Below, one piece after another: positions 1 through 10,092 of a stretch of DNA of 64,000 nt. The position numbers were made by a program, and so were the translations under genes. The first letter of the stretch is position 1. Each line of letters opens with the position of its first letter. Source of the DNA: Basidiobolus meristosporus CBS 931.73 (taxonomy: Eukaryota > Fungi > Basidiobolomycota). Below the pieces are notes generated by a model. That model worked only from the letters and a program-made list of their open reading frames with translations. It had not been told where the DNA came from and searched no databases. The stretch is from NCBI GenBank assembly GCA_002104905.1, contig MCFE01000386.1, forward strand, positions 1 through 64,000. Reading direction: 5' to 3'.

Positions 1-16
1 AACTACATTGGCAAAA

Positions 17-478
17 TTATTTGGTTTCTGTAATTGTCAATTCTTGTTCCGTCTCTTGGCTGTGCGACTGTTTCTCTACCTGATCTAAGAAGTGATGCAA
101 TTGACTATCACTTAATTTATCAGTCTCTGCCTGATTCTCCTTCATACGCTTATAATCAAAATAAGCCACTTGGAGTACTTTATAGTGAGGCAAAGAAGAA
201 CTAAGCTGAAGTTCGTTTCGGAACTGCTCAATCGCATTGGTTCGTTTTCTCCTCAGGACAACTGAGTCATCTGCCAATTTTTTCCGAGTTTTCTCCAGGT
301 ATTCGGGACTTCCAAAGGTACCACTACCAGAACTGGTAATTGTACTGCTCTTCTCGCCGCAATCTTTGTCTATAATAGACTCTTGGTCTTCCTTTGGAGC
401 GCGAGGACTGCTATGGTAGAGGCAGCTTCCTCTTTTGGTCTTGATCCCCGAGTAGCGGTCCTTAAGCTTTCCCCTCAT
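17..478 (-). CDS. Hypothetical 153-aa ORF, possibly mobile-element derived
   Basis: ATG-initiated ORF with charged helical composition at the edge of a repeat-rich block; no recognisable motif. Confidence 0.3.
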   Translation of the reverse strand: MRGKLKDRYSGIKTKRGSCLYHSSPRAPKEDQESIIDKDCGEKSSTITSSGSGTFGSPEYLEKTRKKLADDSVVLRRKRTNAIEQFRNELQLSSSLPHYKVLQVAYFDYKRMKENQAETDKLSDSQLHHFLDQVEKQSHSQETEQELTITETK

Positions 479-861
479 GACTTGTTTATTGTCCGTGTTG
501 GTGCTCTACTTGGTGGAGTGTCAGTGAGTGCTGTTTAACTACTAGTTGTTCTCTTCTGTCCTGTAGATTTATATTACTTTCATATACACTTACTTCATCA
601 CATTTCACTTTTGCCTCTCTTGTGACTGTACTCTGGTTTCATTCCTCGACGGCTAGACAAAACCAAGGCCACCGCATATTGGGTGCGGTGGTTTAGTGAT
701 CAAAGAGCAAGCTATTGATGCTAATATTGATTTTGAGCATATTGTCTAGGAATATCTTGGAACCAACTAGAGTAAATAGTTACTCAATAATTCACATAGT
801 ACCACTATTTGCGCATCAATACTTGCTAACAACAAAGCAATGCTTTTCTATGATGTTCCAT

Positions 862-1495
862 TCCCACGCGGCTGTTTGTTGATATTCCGTACAATACACA
901 AGTGAGCGTTTAAAGTAAGCATCCACACTACTTTCTGGGGGTATGGTTACCGCGCACTATAAAAGTGCGTTAGGGACTCATGTAAAACTATCATGATGAA
1001 AAATAAAAGCACTTTATTACCACGCGGCTGATGATTGATAACTCCCGCTAGACACAAGTAAACGTAGCAAGTGGGTATCCTTAAAACCTGTTGGGGTATG
1101 GTTACCGCGCACTATGAAAGTGCGTTAAGGACTCATGTAAAACTATCATGATGAAAAATAAAAGCACTTTTTTACCGCGCGGCTGATGATTGATGACTCC
1201 CGCTAGACACAAGTAAACGTAGCAAGTGGGTATCCTTAAAACCTGTTGGGGTATGGTTACCGCGCACTATGAAAGTGCGTTAGGGATTCATACAAAACTA
1301 GCATGATGAAAAATAAAAGCATTTCAGTATTGCGCGGCTGATGATTGATGGCTCCCAATAGACACAAGTAGACGTAGCTAGTGGACATCCTTAAAACCTG
1401 TTGGGGTATGGCTACTGCGTACTTTCAAAGTGCGTTAGGAACTCATGTAAAACTATCATGATGAAAAATTAAAGCACTTTTGTACCACGTGGCTA
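862..1495. repeat. Tandem satellite, 155-bp unit, about 4 copies
   Basis: GTATGG(T/C)TAC recurs at 941, 1096, 1251 and 1406 (exact 155-bp period). The central units carry the inverted repeat CGCACT-N5-AGTGCG; the outer copies are more diverged. Confidence 0.95.
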
Positions 1496-2149
1496 AGTTT
1501 TACAATTCCCGCGGGATACATGTGCGCATAGAACATAAGTAGTAGTTGCGATGGTGTCCAAATAAAGTTTCTATTATAGCCATAATATATATTGAACTTT
1601 TGGATACACTTTATATTTGGTAAAAGCAATCGGGTTACAGAAAATTTGTATTGGCCATGAATTTTTTTATCATATTAGGGCCGCGCAATTTATGGTGCCC
1701 GAAGCTTATCAAAATATGGGATTGTGGTCAGATTGGGATGAATCCCATTAATTATTAGATATATATTAAAAATAACAATTTATTAATTAAATAGTCATCA
1801 AGACTTATACAGAGCGTATGGACAGTATAGGGAGACAAATATTGGCCCAGACATGCCCACCATATGAGCAGACAATGTGCCAATTGTAGGGTAAAAATAT
1901 TTATGGTTAGGGTGATAAGGGTTAGGAGGAGGAATTCTAACCCTAAGGGACCAGAACCAAGAATGAGAGAAAAGTAATCCAACGGGAATTTAAAGAGTAT
2001 AAGAGCAGTATGGGGGATTGCATCCCCCAAACCCCCTGCTTTTTTATTCTCTAGGGGACTGCGTCCCCCAGACCCCCTGCTCTTCTAACCTTTTCCTAGC
2101 CCTTACTATAACACCTACACCCTAACCCTAAGATATATTCAGATTCTCA

Positions 2150-2280
2150 CTTCTCAGGCCTGGCTTTCCAGGAAACCTCTCTCAGACCTAGCTAACTAGG
2201 AAATATAGTACCACTCAGCTTCTCAACTCTCAGACCTGGCTTACCAGGAAGATATCTCTCAGACCTAGCTTTCTAGGAAT
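2150..2280. repeat. Four short hairpin units CTCAG(A/G)-CCT(G/A)G-CTWW-C(C/T)AGG-AA
   Basis: Perfect 5-bp stems at 2159-2172, 2187-2200, 2235-2248 and 2264-2277, arranged as a ~76-bp dimer repeated twice. Confidence 0.85.
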
Positions 2281-2491
2281 TACTTCAGATTAACATGGCT
2301 TCTTTAGATACTTGTCATAAGTAAATAAAGATTTCACCACTTGGTGACTTTCCTCCCCCTAACCCTAAGTGTGGTGATTATCATCCCCCCTAACCCCTAT
2401 CCATCTATCAATTCTGACTTCTGGAATTTTTGCTCCTTCCCTCTTATCTCCCTGCTAATTTTCCCTCCCACCCACCCTCTTCTTATTTTTT

Positions 2492-3220
2492 ATGCCTTCA
2501 CTCCATTCCCTTCAGATTTCTTTCCTTGAGGAAAGGCTTGCACTTGTTGAGGCTGAAAATGCTTTACTCAAGAAACAAGTTCAAAAGCTGTTTTCTGCCT
2601 TCTCTGATCTGCAAGAATCTATTGTCCCTGTGCCAACTCTTCCTGCCAACACGACTCCCCAAGAATCATCTGCTGCTGTTCACTCTTCCTACTCTGAAGC
2701 TGTCAAAAAGTCTGTTCCTGCTTCCTCAAGATATCCTGCTGCTCCTCCCAAGAGTAAAAGAAAGTTTCCTGCCACTTCTGATTTGCCTCCTGCTACTGAC
2801 TGGGCTGTCTGCTACTTTGCCAATGTGGAGTTTATTCCTATATCTGACCACAGGATGTATCTCAAGCAACAAGGTTATAATTTATCCAAGATTGTTAACA
2901 TGAGATTTATCAACCATCACACTCTTGAGGTAGTACTTGACAAAAGTATTGCTAAACAGTTCTCTCAAAATGTCTAGGACCAATTTTACTGGGAACCTAC
3001 TGACCATGCCTTTTAAGGGTTTCCTGATTCTCCAGTTTACAAGACCTTCTCATTGGAGGAATCTCTGCTCTCAAGATTCACTTCACTTATCAAAAACTCC
3101 CCTTCACCTGCTGTTACCCACTTCTTAAAAGATCATTATATCTCTCAAGCTTATTTACTTCACACCCCCATGAACCTGAACTCCAGTGTACTCTGGGAGA
3201 CTGCCTTAACTTTAGCTTAG
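2492..3220 (+). pseudogene. ORF1/gag-like protein of a retroelement, interrupted by in-frame stops
   Basis: N-terminal coiled coil (LEERLALVEAENALLKKQVQKL), SYSEAVKK motif and an RRM-like segment. The frame continues past TAG (2975) and a TAA 39 bp later as DQFYWEP...RFTSLIKNSPSPAVTHFL up to a stop at 3220. Confidence 0.5.
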
Positions 3221-3419
3221 ATTTATTTGTATTCAACTTAGTGTTTACTTTGGGAATCTTCTATTCCCAGCTGGCTTCTTTATTTGTAGTCAGACTTGTC
3301 TGAAATCAAATAAAGATTTCACCTACCTTGGTGACTTTCCCTCCCCTAATATGTGGTATTCACTTAATGATTTATTGTACATATGGTAATATTTATATTT
3401 CTGCATGATCTTGACAAAA

Positions 3420-4010
3420 TAAGCCTCTAGAATATACTTAGGAAGGTTCCAACAGCATGTGTGCAAAGTGTGATGCTGTTTGGACAACCTGGAAAATGCT
3501 CATGCTCTGAGTACCTGATGTTTAGTTGAAAATAATCCAAGTAAATCTCAACTACGAGTTAGGTAAGTAGTCTTGGAGATTTTTAAGTAATGATCCAAGT
3601 GACAAAGTTAGGTTGATATCAAGGTGAAATTACAAACTTTTAATGGAATCACTACTTATACAACAGGATTCTCATTTCTTAACCCTGTAGGATCTTTATG
3701 ATATTGAATTTTGTCAAAGATATATTCTCTCAGCAGCTGAGCATGACAGGTTAGTGTCTTCTGATGCCTTCCAAGCATTCTTGGCAGTTTTTGCTTTTAA
3801 GCAATAAGTTGGCTATTCATCTTTACTATTAAGGGTAATGTGGTTTAAGGTACTCTATTCTTTCTACTGGCATTTCACAGCCTCTTCAGCTACACATTTA
3901 GGAGGGCACTCTTCTGGTATATCAATAGCCCAAAGACAAAATAAACACATACCCTGTGTTTAGGAAGGTCCCAACAACATGTGTGCAAGGTTTGGCTGCT
4001 TACTTAGCAA
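3420..4010 (-). pseudogene. Decayed coding fragments paralogous to 6750-7250
   Basis: Translations IYLDYF-x26-GT (LCTHAVGTFLS) and KPCTHVVGTFLK align with LYLDYF-x26-GT (KPCTLAPGTFSS) at ~6900-7020; many stops; CpG-depleted. Family not identified. Confidence 0.4.
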
Positions 4011-5299
4011 ATGAAGACTTCACCAAACTGGAGACTTTCCCTCCCACTACTTGGTGGCTTTCATCCCCCTAGTTCTAAGACAAGCAATTACCAGGGATAT
4101 TTTTGTATTCAAATCTGTGAGGTAACAGTAGTGTACTTTGCTTTAGGTATATATTAGAGAAGGTTCGAGACTGAACAGCCCTTTGGCAGTTGCTTTTATA
4201 TTATTGGATAATTACATCTAGTTAATACCAAAAACAATCAGTTCTGCTATATCGATGTTTCTGAATCAGTATCAGTAAGTGACAACAGCACACAAACGCT
4301 TTTAGGATAACTCTGTATAAGCAATATAGTTGGTGGTTCTGATGGCCCAATCCAGAATAACGGAAACCCCATTAAGAATATTGGACTTTTTCCTATGGCC
4401 AAATCTTTTCTTTTGGAACATCGGGAGGGGTCACTCATGCCGTGAGTTCTTGTCCTAGTAATTGATACAGTAATCTGTGCGAATTAGGTATTTTGATGGT
4501 GACCTGTATTTACCACACTCGAACCACACTCGAACGATCGGAGAATACAGATGCTCCCACAACATTGGCATCTTTCCCCAAGGAAGGAAAATTTACATTT
4601 GGCTACTAGTAGTTGTAGTGTGAGGGTAAATCTTATTCTACAACGGCATTGATCAGTCTATGAAATACCTTGAGCAGTAAAAGCTACTTCCATTATCCTC
4701 CAGGTGTAGTCATTGGTGAATTTTCGATACACAACGTGAACTATGGCCAAATCTTATTTTTGGAGGACAAATACTAGGTCCTTCATCACTCTAACCGCAC
4801 ATGCCATAAATTTCCTATCTTAGTTATCAGATTAGATATTTTGGTAGTAGCCACATTATACCAAATCCAATTAATCCGAGGATTGCCAATCAAAAAAGCC
4901 TCGTTTGTGAGGCTATATGTTATCTAAAGAAGGGATCAATAGTAACGAGTCACATTCCTTGAACTGTTTTGCTCAAATGTATTGAGGAAAAGGCTCTTTC
5001 ACCGATATCTCAACATTTCTCCCCACACATAGGGCCTGGATTGACTATTACTTCAGTGTACTACGCTACCGTAAATGGGGTATCGGTACAATCTTGTGCT
5101 AGATAGAATACTTCTGGTAATTGGAAAGTAAAGTTGTATTCTTCTCAAATTGATGTAACATATAAGGTAAGATAGTGAGGATAGGAATGAATTAGTATGA
5201 TTGACTCTTCGGTCCCACGACCACAACGCTGGTTCAAAGATTCCACACCACATAACACCACGTGGGAGGAGAGGACAAATTATTTCCAAACATGCACTA

Positions 5300-6700
5300 T
5301 AAAATGAGAACTGTCGCTTGACAAACATTGTACAACTTTCCACCATCCAAAAGCCTCACCGCTAAGCCGCCTATTCCGCCTGCAGGGTCTCCGCTACTCA
5401 GCCAAATATCTGGTGCTGATTGTTCTCCGTAGTGGTTGCTATGCTCACTGTTAGAGTATATCCAGAACACCGGACTGTAGTCTACTGTCAATTGGAATAA
5501 AGTGTTTATCAGTGATAATTATACATTTGTTGGGCAAAGTAACATCTAAATACTTGGTGCGCGTAAAACTAAACCCAGGGGAACAGAAAGATAACGGTTT
5601 TATGTCATCAGAAGAATGGTTTTGTATCATGTTAAAAATGCGCAGTTGCATATCACCCATGGGTCAGGCTACAGTTAAACTCAGGACAACTGTGCAAGTT
5701 TATAATATAGTATTAATTAGGGATGCAAACTGCTAGATGTAGAGTAACGGAACTCTCACTCGAAGTTCTAAATTCAGTTGTCTTTCCTTTTAAACACTTC
5801 GCCTCATATAGGCCCATCATCACATTACCGGGCCGCACTTATCCCTATCTTGGTGATTGGCATGTTAGTCTGCACAAATTGGGAATCTGATATCCACCAC
5901 ATTGGTTTCTTTCATCTATTTACTTTCAGTAAATTTGACTTTAAACTCTCTAACCGTTACCGGCAAAAGCAGTATAAAAAGAAGCCTGTCAATTGACCAA
6001 CGTTGTACAAATTTCCACTGTCCAAAAACCTCACCGTTAAGCCGCATATTCCGTCTACAGGTTCACCGCAATCGTCCGTGGCTCACTGTTCTCCGAAGTG
6101 CATACTATGCCACATGGTGCTCACCGCTCTCCATAGTGGTAGCTCTGCGCACTGGATAGCCCATTCATGTCATATTGTACCTGAGCAACGGGCTGTAGAT
6201 GAAAAGTCAACATATCCATTGTATTGATGGGAGATGTAACACGGAATAAAACGTTTACCAGTGATAATTACATACTTGTTGGACAAAGTAGCTATTGAAT
6301 ACTTGGCTAAGGTTGAAGAACAAACTCGGTATTTCGTTGTAGTCACGATATACCAAATATAACGAATCCAGCATATCCAAATAGATGTTTCCACAGCGTT
6401 GGGTTCTATCACCAATCTTACCAATACTTTTACCCTCCGTTGACTATTATTTACAGATACTTTTGCCCGCCGTTGACTATTATTTACAGATACTTTTGCC
6501 CTCCGTTGACTATTATTTATAGATACTTTTGCCTCCGTTGACTATTATTTATAGATACTTTTGCCCTCTATTGACTATTATTATTGTTGATGCAGTCAAT
6601 ATATTCATTGTATTGATGAGAGAGATAATACGGAATAAATCGTTTATCAGTGATAGTTATGCATTGATTATTTTGGTGCAAAGCTTAGGAAACAAACTGG
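5300..6700. repeat. Nested degenerate duplications (5300-5620 vs 5985-6330; third partial copy 6600-6700)
   Basis: Shared blocks such as TTGTACAA.TTTCCAC..TCCAAAA.CCTCACCG.TAAGCCGC and GGAATAAA..GTTTA.CAGTGATA.TTA recur two or three times. Confidence 0.75.
6425..6585. repeat. 33-bp minisatellite, 5 copies (TACTTTTGCCCTCCGTTGACTATTATTTA(C/T)AGA)
   Basis: Units start at 6425, 6458, 6491, 6524 and 6556 (one unit is 32 bp); head-to-tail with no spacers. Confidence 0.95.
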
Positions 6701-6749
6701 CCATATGGATATTAATGCTGGTATGAAATCACTCCAAAAAAATCAATAT

Positions 6750-7250
6750 CTCATTAATAACCATAGTAATAATTGGTGTATACATCATTGGAAGGTTTCT
6801 TGCATGTTGCAAAGGCTATATAGGGCCAGACTCATGAATGTATCCATACATCTATTCTGTCATTTCCAACTGCACCATTGCTATCACCTTGTGCAATATA
6901 CTTGAGAAGGTCCCTGGAGCAAGTGTGCAAGGCTTGAAGTTCTTATACAATCTGTTTTCTAAGATCTTTTATGTTCTTACACTTCAAGCTGTAATGAAGT
7001 AATCCAAGTAAAGTTTTGAGCCATGATATAAGTGACTGAACTAATAGAAATGCAAGTGTAAGCAGAAAATTTACTGTATCCAAAACCTTCCTGAGTATAT
7101 ATATAACAAGCTTTGTTAGATCATTAATTACATTCCTAGATAATGTTGAAGATTTTGTATTACACCTATAGTCTACAAATTTTAGAATCTCTTGCCCAAA
7201 TACTTTGTCGGTTTGGTAGGGGCAATTATTATTCCATATTGATATAATCA
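6750..7250 (-). pseudogene. Decayed coding fragment paralogous to 3420-4010
   Basis: Shares AATCCAAGTAAA and GAAGGT.CC...GTGTGCAA blocks with 3430-3550 and 3960-3990; no CpG seen between ~6660 and 7200. Confidence 0.4.
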
Positions 7251-7439
7251 TAGAGTGTTCCAGCGTTCATTTTTCTTCTTGGGTTAGGGCTACGAAAGAG
7301 TTGCTGGATCGAATCGGATTAAAGTAAGATGATCGGGCGAGCGATTGGCTTCAATTTCGATCCTATATATGGCCAATCCAGTCGATGATTCCCAGTCGAT
7401 GATTCAATCGGTAGATAACCATATACGACCCTACACTCT

Positions 7440-7725
7440 TGGTGGAACATTCCAAGCCAAATTAAAGTGGCTTACAAGCGATCTATCATGATCTACAGAT
7501 CGGATTTGAATCGGACATCACTTGTCACAGAAGTCAACTGCTACTACTACAAAACAGACTACAACTCCGAAGCAGTGATAGAGATTACAGAGGTCTACAG
7601 CCACAAAGTAGTGATAGTGAATGCCATTGTCCACAACAACAAAGCAAGCATTCTCCTCCCAACAAGGTTTACTGCTGCTTCTCGCTGGTAGAAAGGTCAG
7701 AGCATACATGTATATCATGATAGAG
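7440..7725 (+). pseudogene. Possible gag-like remnant
   Basis: One frame reads SGLQAIYHDLQIGFESDIT...VYCCFSLVERSEHTC, resembling a degraded zinc knuckle; weak similarity only. Confidence 0.2.
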
Positions 7726-8176
7726 CGCATCGACCTCTTTTCCTAAATGGGTGGGAGGACTTATATTAAATTTCCAAACTGGCATCTAGTTCTGACTCTA
7801 CACTTGTGTGGAAGCTGTCGCATTCCTCTTGAGCGGTAACAACCGAAACCACTTACGTGGAACTTTTTGCACACAGAAGCCTTCCTTGAAACGGGCTTCC
7901 GTTCTACACAGCTGAAATATGGTATTCCTAGACCACAACATACGCTGGCTATAGGAATGTCAAGCTATTCCCTAAAAGAGCATCAATGGCTTGAGGAGGA
8001 AATCACCCGACTCTGAAAATTTTCAGTTGCCATCATCTTCTATATATGCACTTATCTTTGCGAGTCCTGGTGGGCTCGACATGGAGCATCCACATTCTTA
8101 GAAGAAAGAAACTGGCAACCGGAAGTTATAAAAATGCGAAGGACCAGCTCAGTTCATCAGACACATCCCAACTACA

Positions 8177-8980
8177 ATGCTTCTTGCCACCGCTTTGTTC
8201 GCTTTCTGCGCTTTGACAGCCACTGATGCGCTTACCTGCCCTGATGGTAACGGGCTCTACTGTGGCAATACACTAGGTACACTATGCTGCGTTTACTTTG
8301 TATAGGACATATTGGCTAACTGTCGAATTTCATATATAGGACTTGACTCCGATGTTTTGTATAACTGCGACTCGGACTCTTGGAGCTGGAGCTACAATGC
8401 AGTCCAACAATGTAGTAATGGGTGTGTCAATGCTGCACCTGGAAGCCCCGATTATTGCGCGGAACAAAATGCCAGCAATAACAACAATGACAACAATAGC
8501 AACAACAGCAACAGCAACAGCAACAACAATAATGATAACAACAGCAACAACAACAATAATAATACTAACACCAATAACAGCGGAAACGTCACATATACCA
8601 ACACTCTGAACGTTGCCAACTATCCTCTTGTGTTCCGTTTTGACAATGGCCAGTGTACCGATTGGGCTGATGCTCGCTACGCCCAGATTACTGGTCACCA
8701 TGTTACTTGGTGGGGTGATGCTCGTTTCTGGGCTGTCAGTGCTCGTGAAGCTGGCTGGGTCGTTTCTAAAACCCCCAAGGTCCCTTCGATCATTGTCATT
8801 CAACCAGGCTACCAGGGAGTTGGCTCTGATGGTCACGTTGCCGTTGTCGAGGAAATCATGGCAGATGGAAGCGTTTACACCAGTGATTACAACTACATCA
8901 TCAATGGCTATGGTGGGCCATACATCAAAACATACGTCACCTTCTATCCAGGCAACGGGGTCGACTTCATCTGGTATTAG
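8177..8980 (+). CDS. Secreted CHAP-domain peptidoglycan hydrolase with N-terminal 6-Cys module and poly-Asn linker (intron 8277-8339)
   Basis: Signal peptide MLLATALFAFCALTATDA; GT..GCTAAC..AG intron keeps the frame; CHAP motifs GQCTDWA (catalytic Cys), WGDARFW and GHVAVVE (catalytic His); AAC-rich linker. Confidence 0.88.
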
Positions 8981-9099
8981 AGTGAACACGTTGTGCTGGG
9001 ATATTTGAAAGATCTTTAATAAATGATGGCAATGCTACAACAATGGAAGGATAAATATATAAGCCAATATAAAGCCAGGTATTCTTTCAAGAAAACCCT

Positions 9100-9787
9100 C
9101 TACCATCGCGAGATGGAGATGATATCTCGCTCGTCAAAAAGGCTCTGTCCATCATCGTTCCAGTCGTAGTAGAATTCTTCGATCACAGGATAGCCTGGTA
9201 CATTCGCAACCAGTAAGCGAGGGCCGGTCACACGTCCGTTGGATTTACCCCCGGTGATCGCAATGTCCGCACAGTTCATGTAGTATTCACGCCGCCCTTG
9301 GGCATTGATCCAGGACCAGGCAAAGACAACCACCCCGTTCCCAATAGAGCGTGGAAGCCGTACGTTGAAATTGGATCCGGAATCTGTAAGACATGTATGA
9401 AGTACCTCTTTTATCACTACAAAATTGACGCCATCATAGCTTACAGCAAATTGGCAATGGCCTCCCTCATGGTTGTTCGGGCCTATCAGTCTCACCGGGA
9501 TCGATGAGCCTGGTCGAAAGATTGCCTGGATAGGCCCTCGCGGCTTCCCCTGGCATGGATAGCTCTAACAGAACCTGGTTAGCATTCTCGATGAAGACCG
9601 GGGAGTATTCGACCCTTACTCTGTCACCCTCCAGCGGGGAAGCCACATCCCAATCTGGACTGTGTTGACGGTAATACGGACTGAATATCGAGTCTCTGGG
9701 ATACGGGTAGGCCATTTCCATATGGCCAAATGCAGTGCTTGTACAGAGTGAAACAAAGAATAAGTTAGCAGCAAAAGAAGGTCGCAT
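9100..9787 (-). CDS. AA11-like lytic polysaccharide monooxygenase (chitin-active family), one intron 9619-9565
   Basis: Signal peptide followed by His1 (AFG|HMEMAYPYPR), SPL..YPC, second His in NHEGGHCQ, then FAWSWIN and GRREYYMNCADI. Histidine brace and axial Tyr are present. Confidence 0.85.
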
Positions 9788-10092
9788 GGTGTTAAGGGTG
9801 TTCAACGATAAGACCAACACTATTTATAATGCTGTTGATGAACTAATTGCAGAAGGCGGGAATTAAGTGAGTTGTCTCTTCTTCCGTTACATTAGATTAT
9901 TGCAGGTAGAAATCATCCTGCTATTCTCTGTATCAACCGTATGCATCAACCGTATGCATCAACCGTTTGCATCAAATGATCTAAATATCCGTTATGGCGA
10001 TTATCACTCGACAATTGTATCGGAAACGAGATTTATTCGGACACTATACATGACTGAGATGTGGGATTGAGATATGGGAATCCGATCGCTAT

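Larger units (their letters stand above)
1900..3355 (+). mobile_element. Degenerate retroelement-like unit: hairpin motifs, CCCTAA-like repeats and direct repeats flanking an ORF1/gag-like reading frame
   Basis: Direct repeat AAATAAAGATTTCACC..TTGGTGACTTTCC..CCCCTAA at ~2325-2362 and ~3308-3350 brackets a disrupted ORF; the region is almost CpG-free. No RT is visible, so the class is uncertain. Confidence 0.5.

Noticed and set aside
1020-1130. Hammerhead ribozyme in the satellite (CTGATGA ... GAAA)
   Set aside because: The core pieces are ~80 nt apart and the bases that should close stem II do not pair; stems I and III are not formed.
1905-2400. True telomere or chromosome-healing site
   Set aside because: CCCTAA/TTAGGG hexamers are scattered on both strands, at most two in tandem; not an array.
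4370-4770. TATGGCCAAATCTT repeats as transposon TIRs
   Set aside because: The copies at ~4393 and ~4742 are direct rather than inverted, and no transposase is recognisable.
5490-5540. WNKVFISDNYTF as a Tc1/mariner DDE motif
   Set aside because: The conserved Glu is missing, the paralogous copies do not keep the Trp, and no other DDE motifs follow.
6425-6585. 33-bp repeats as a CRISPR array
   Set aside because: Head-to-tail with no unique spacers, no cas genes, eukaryotic context.
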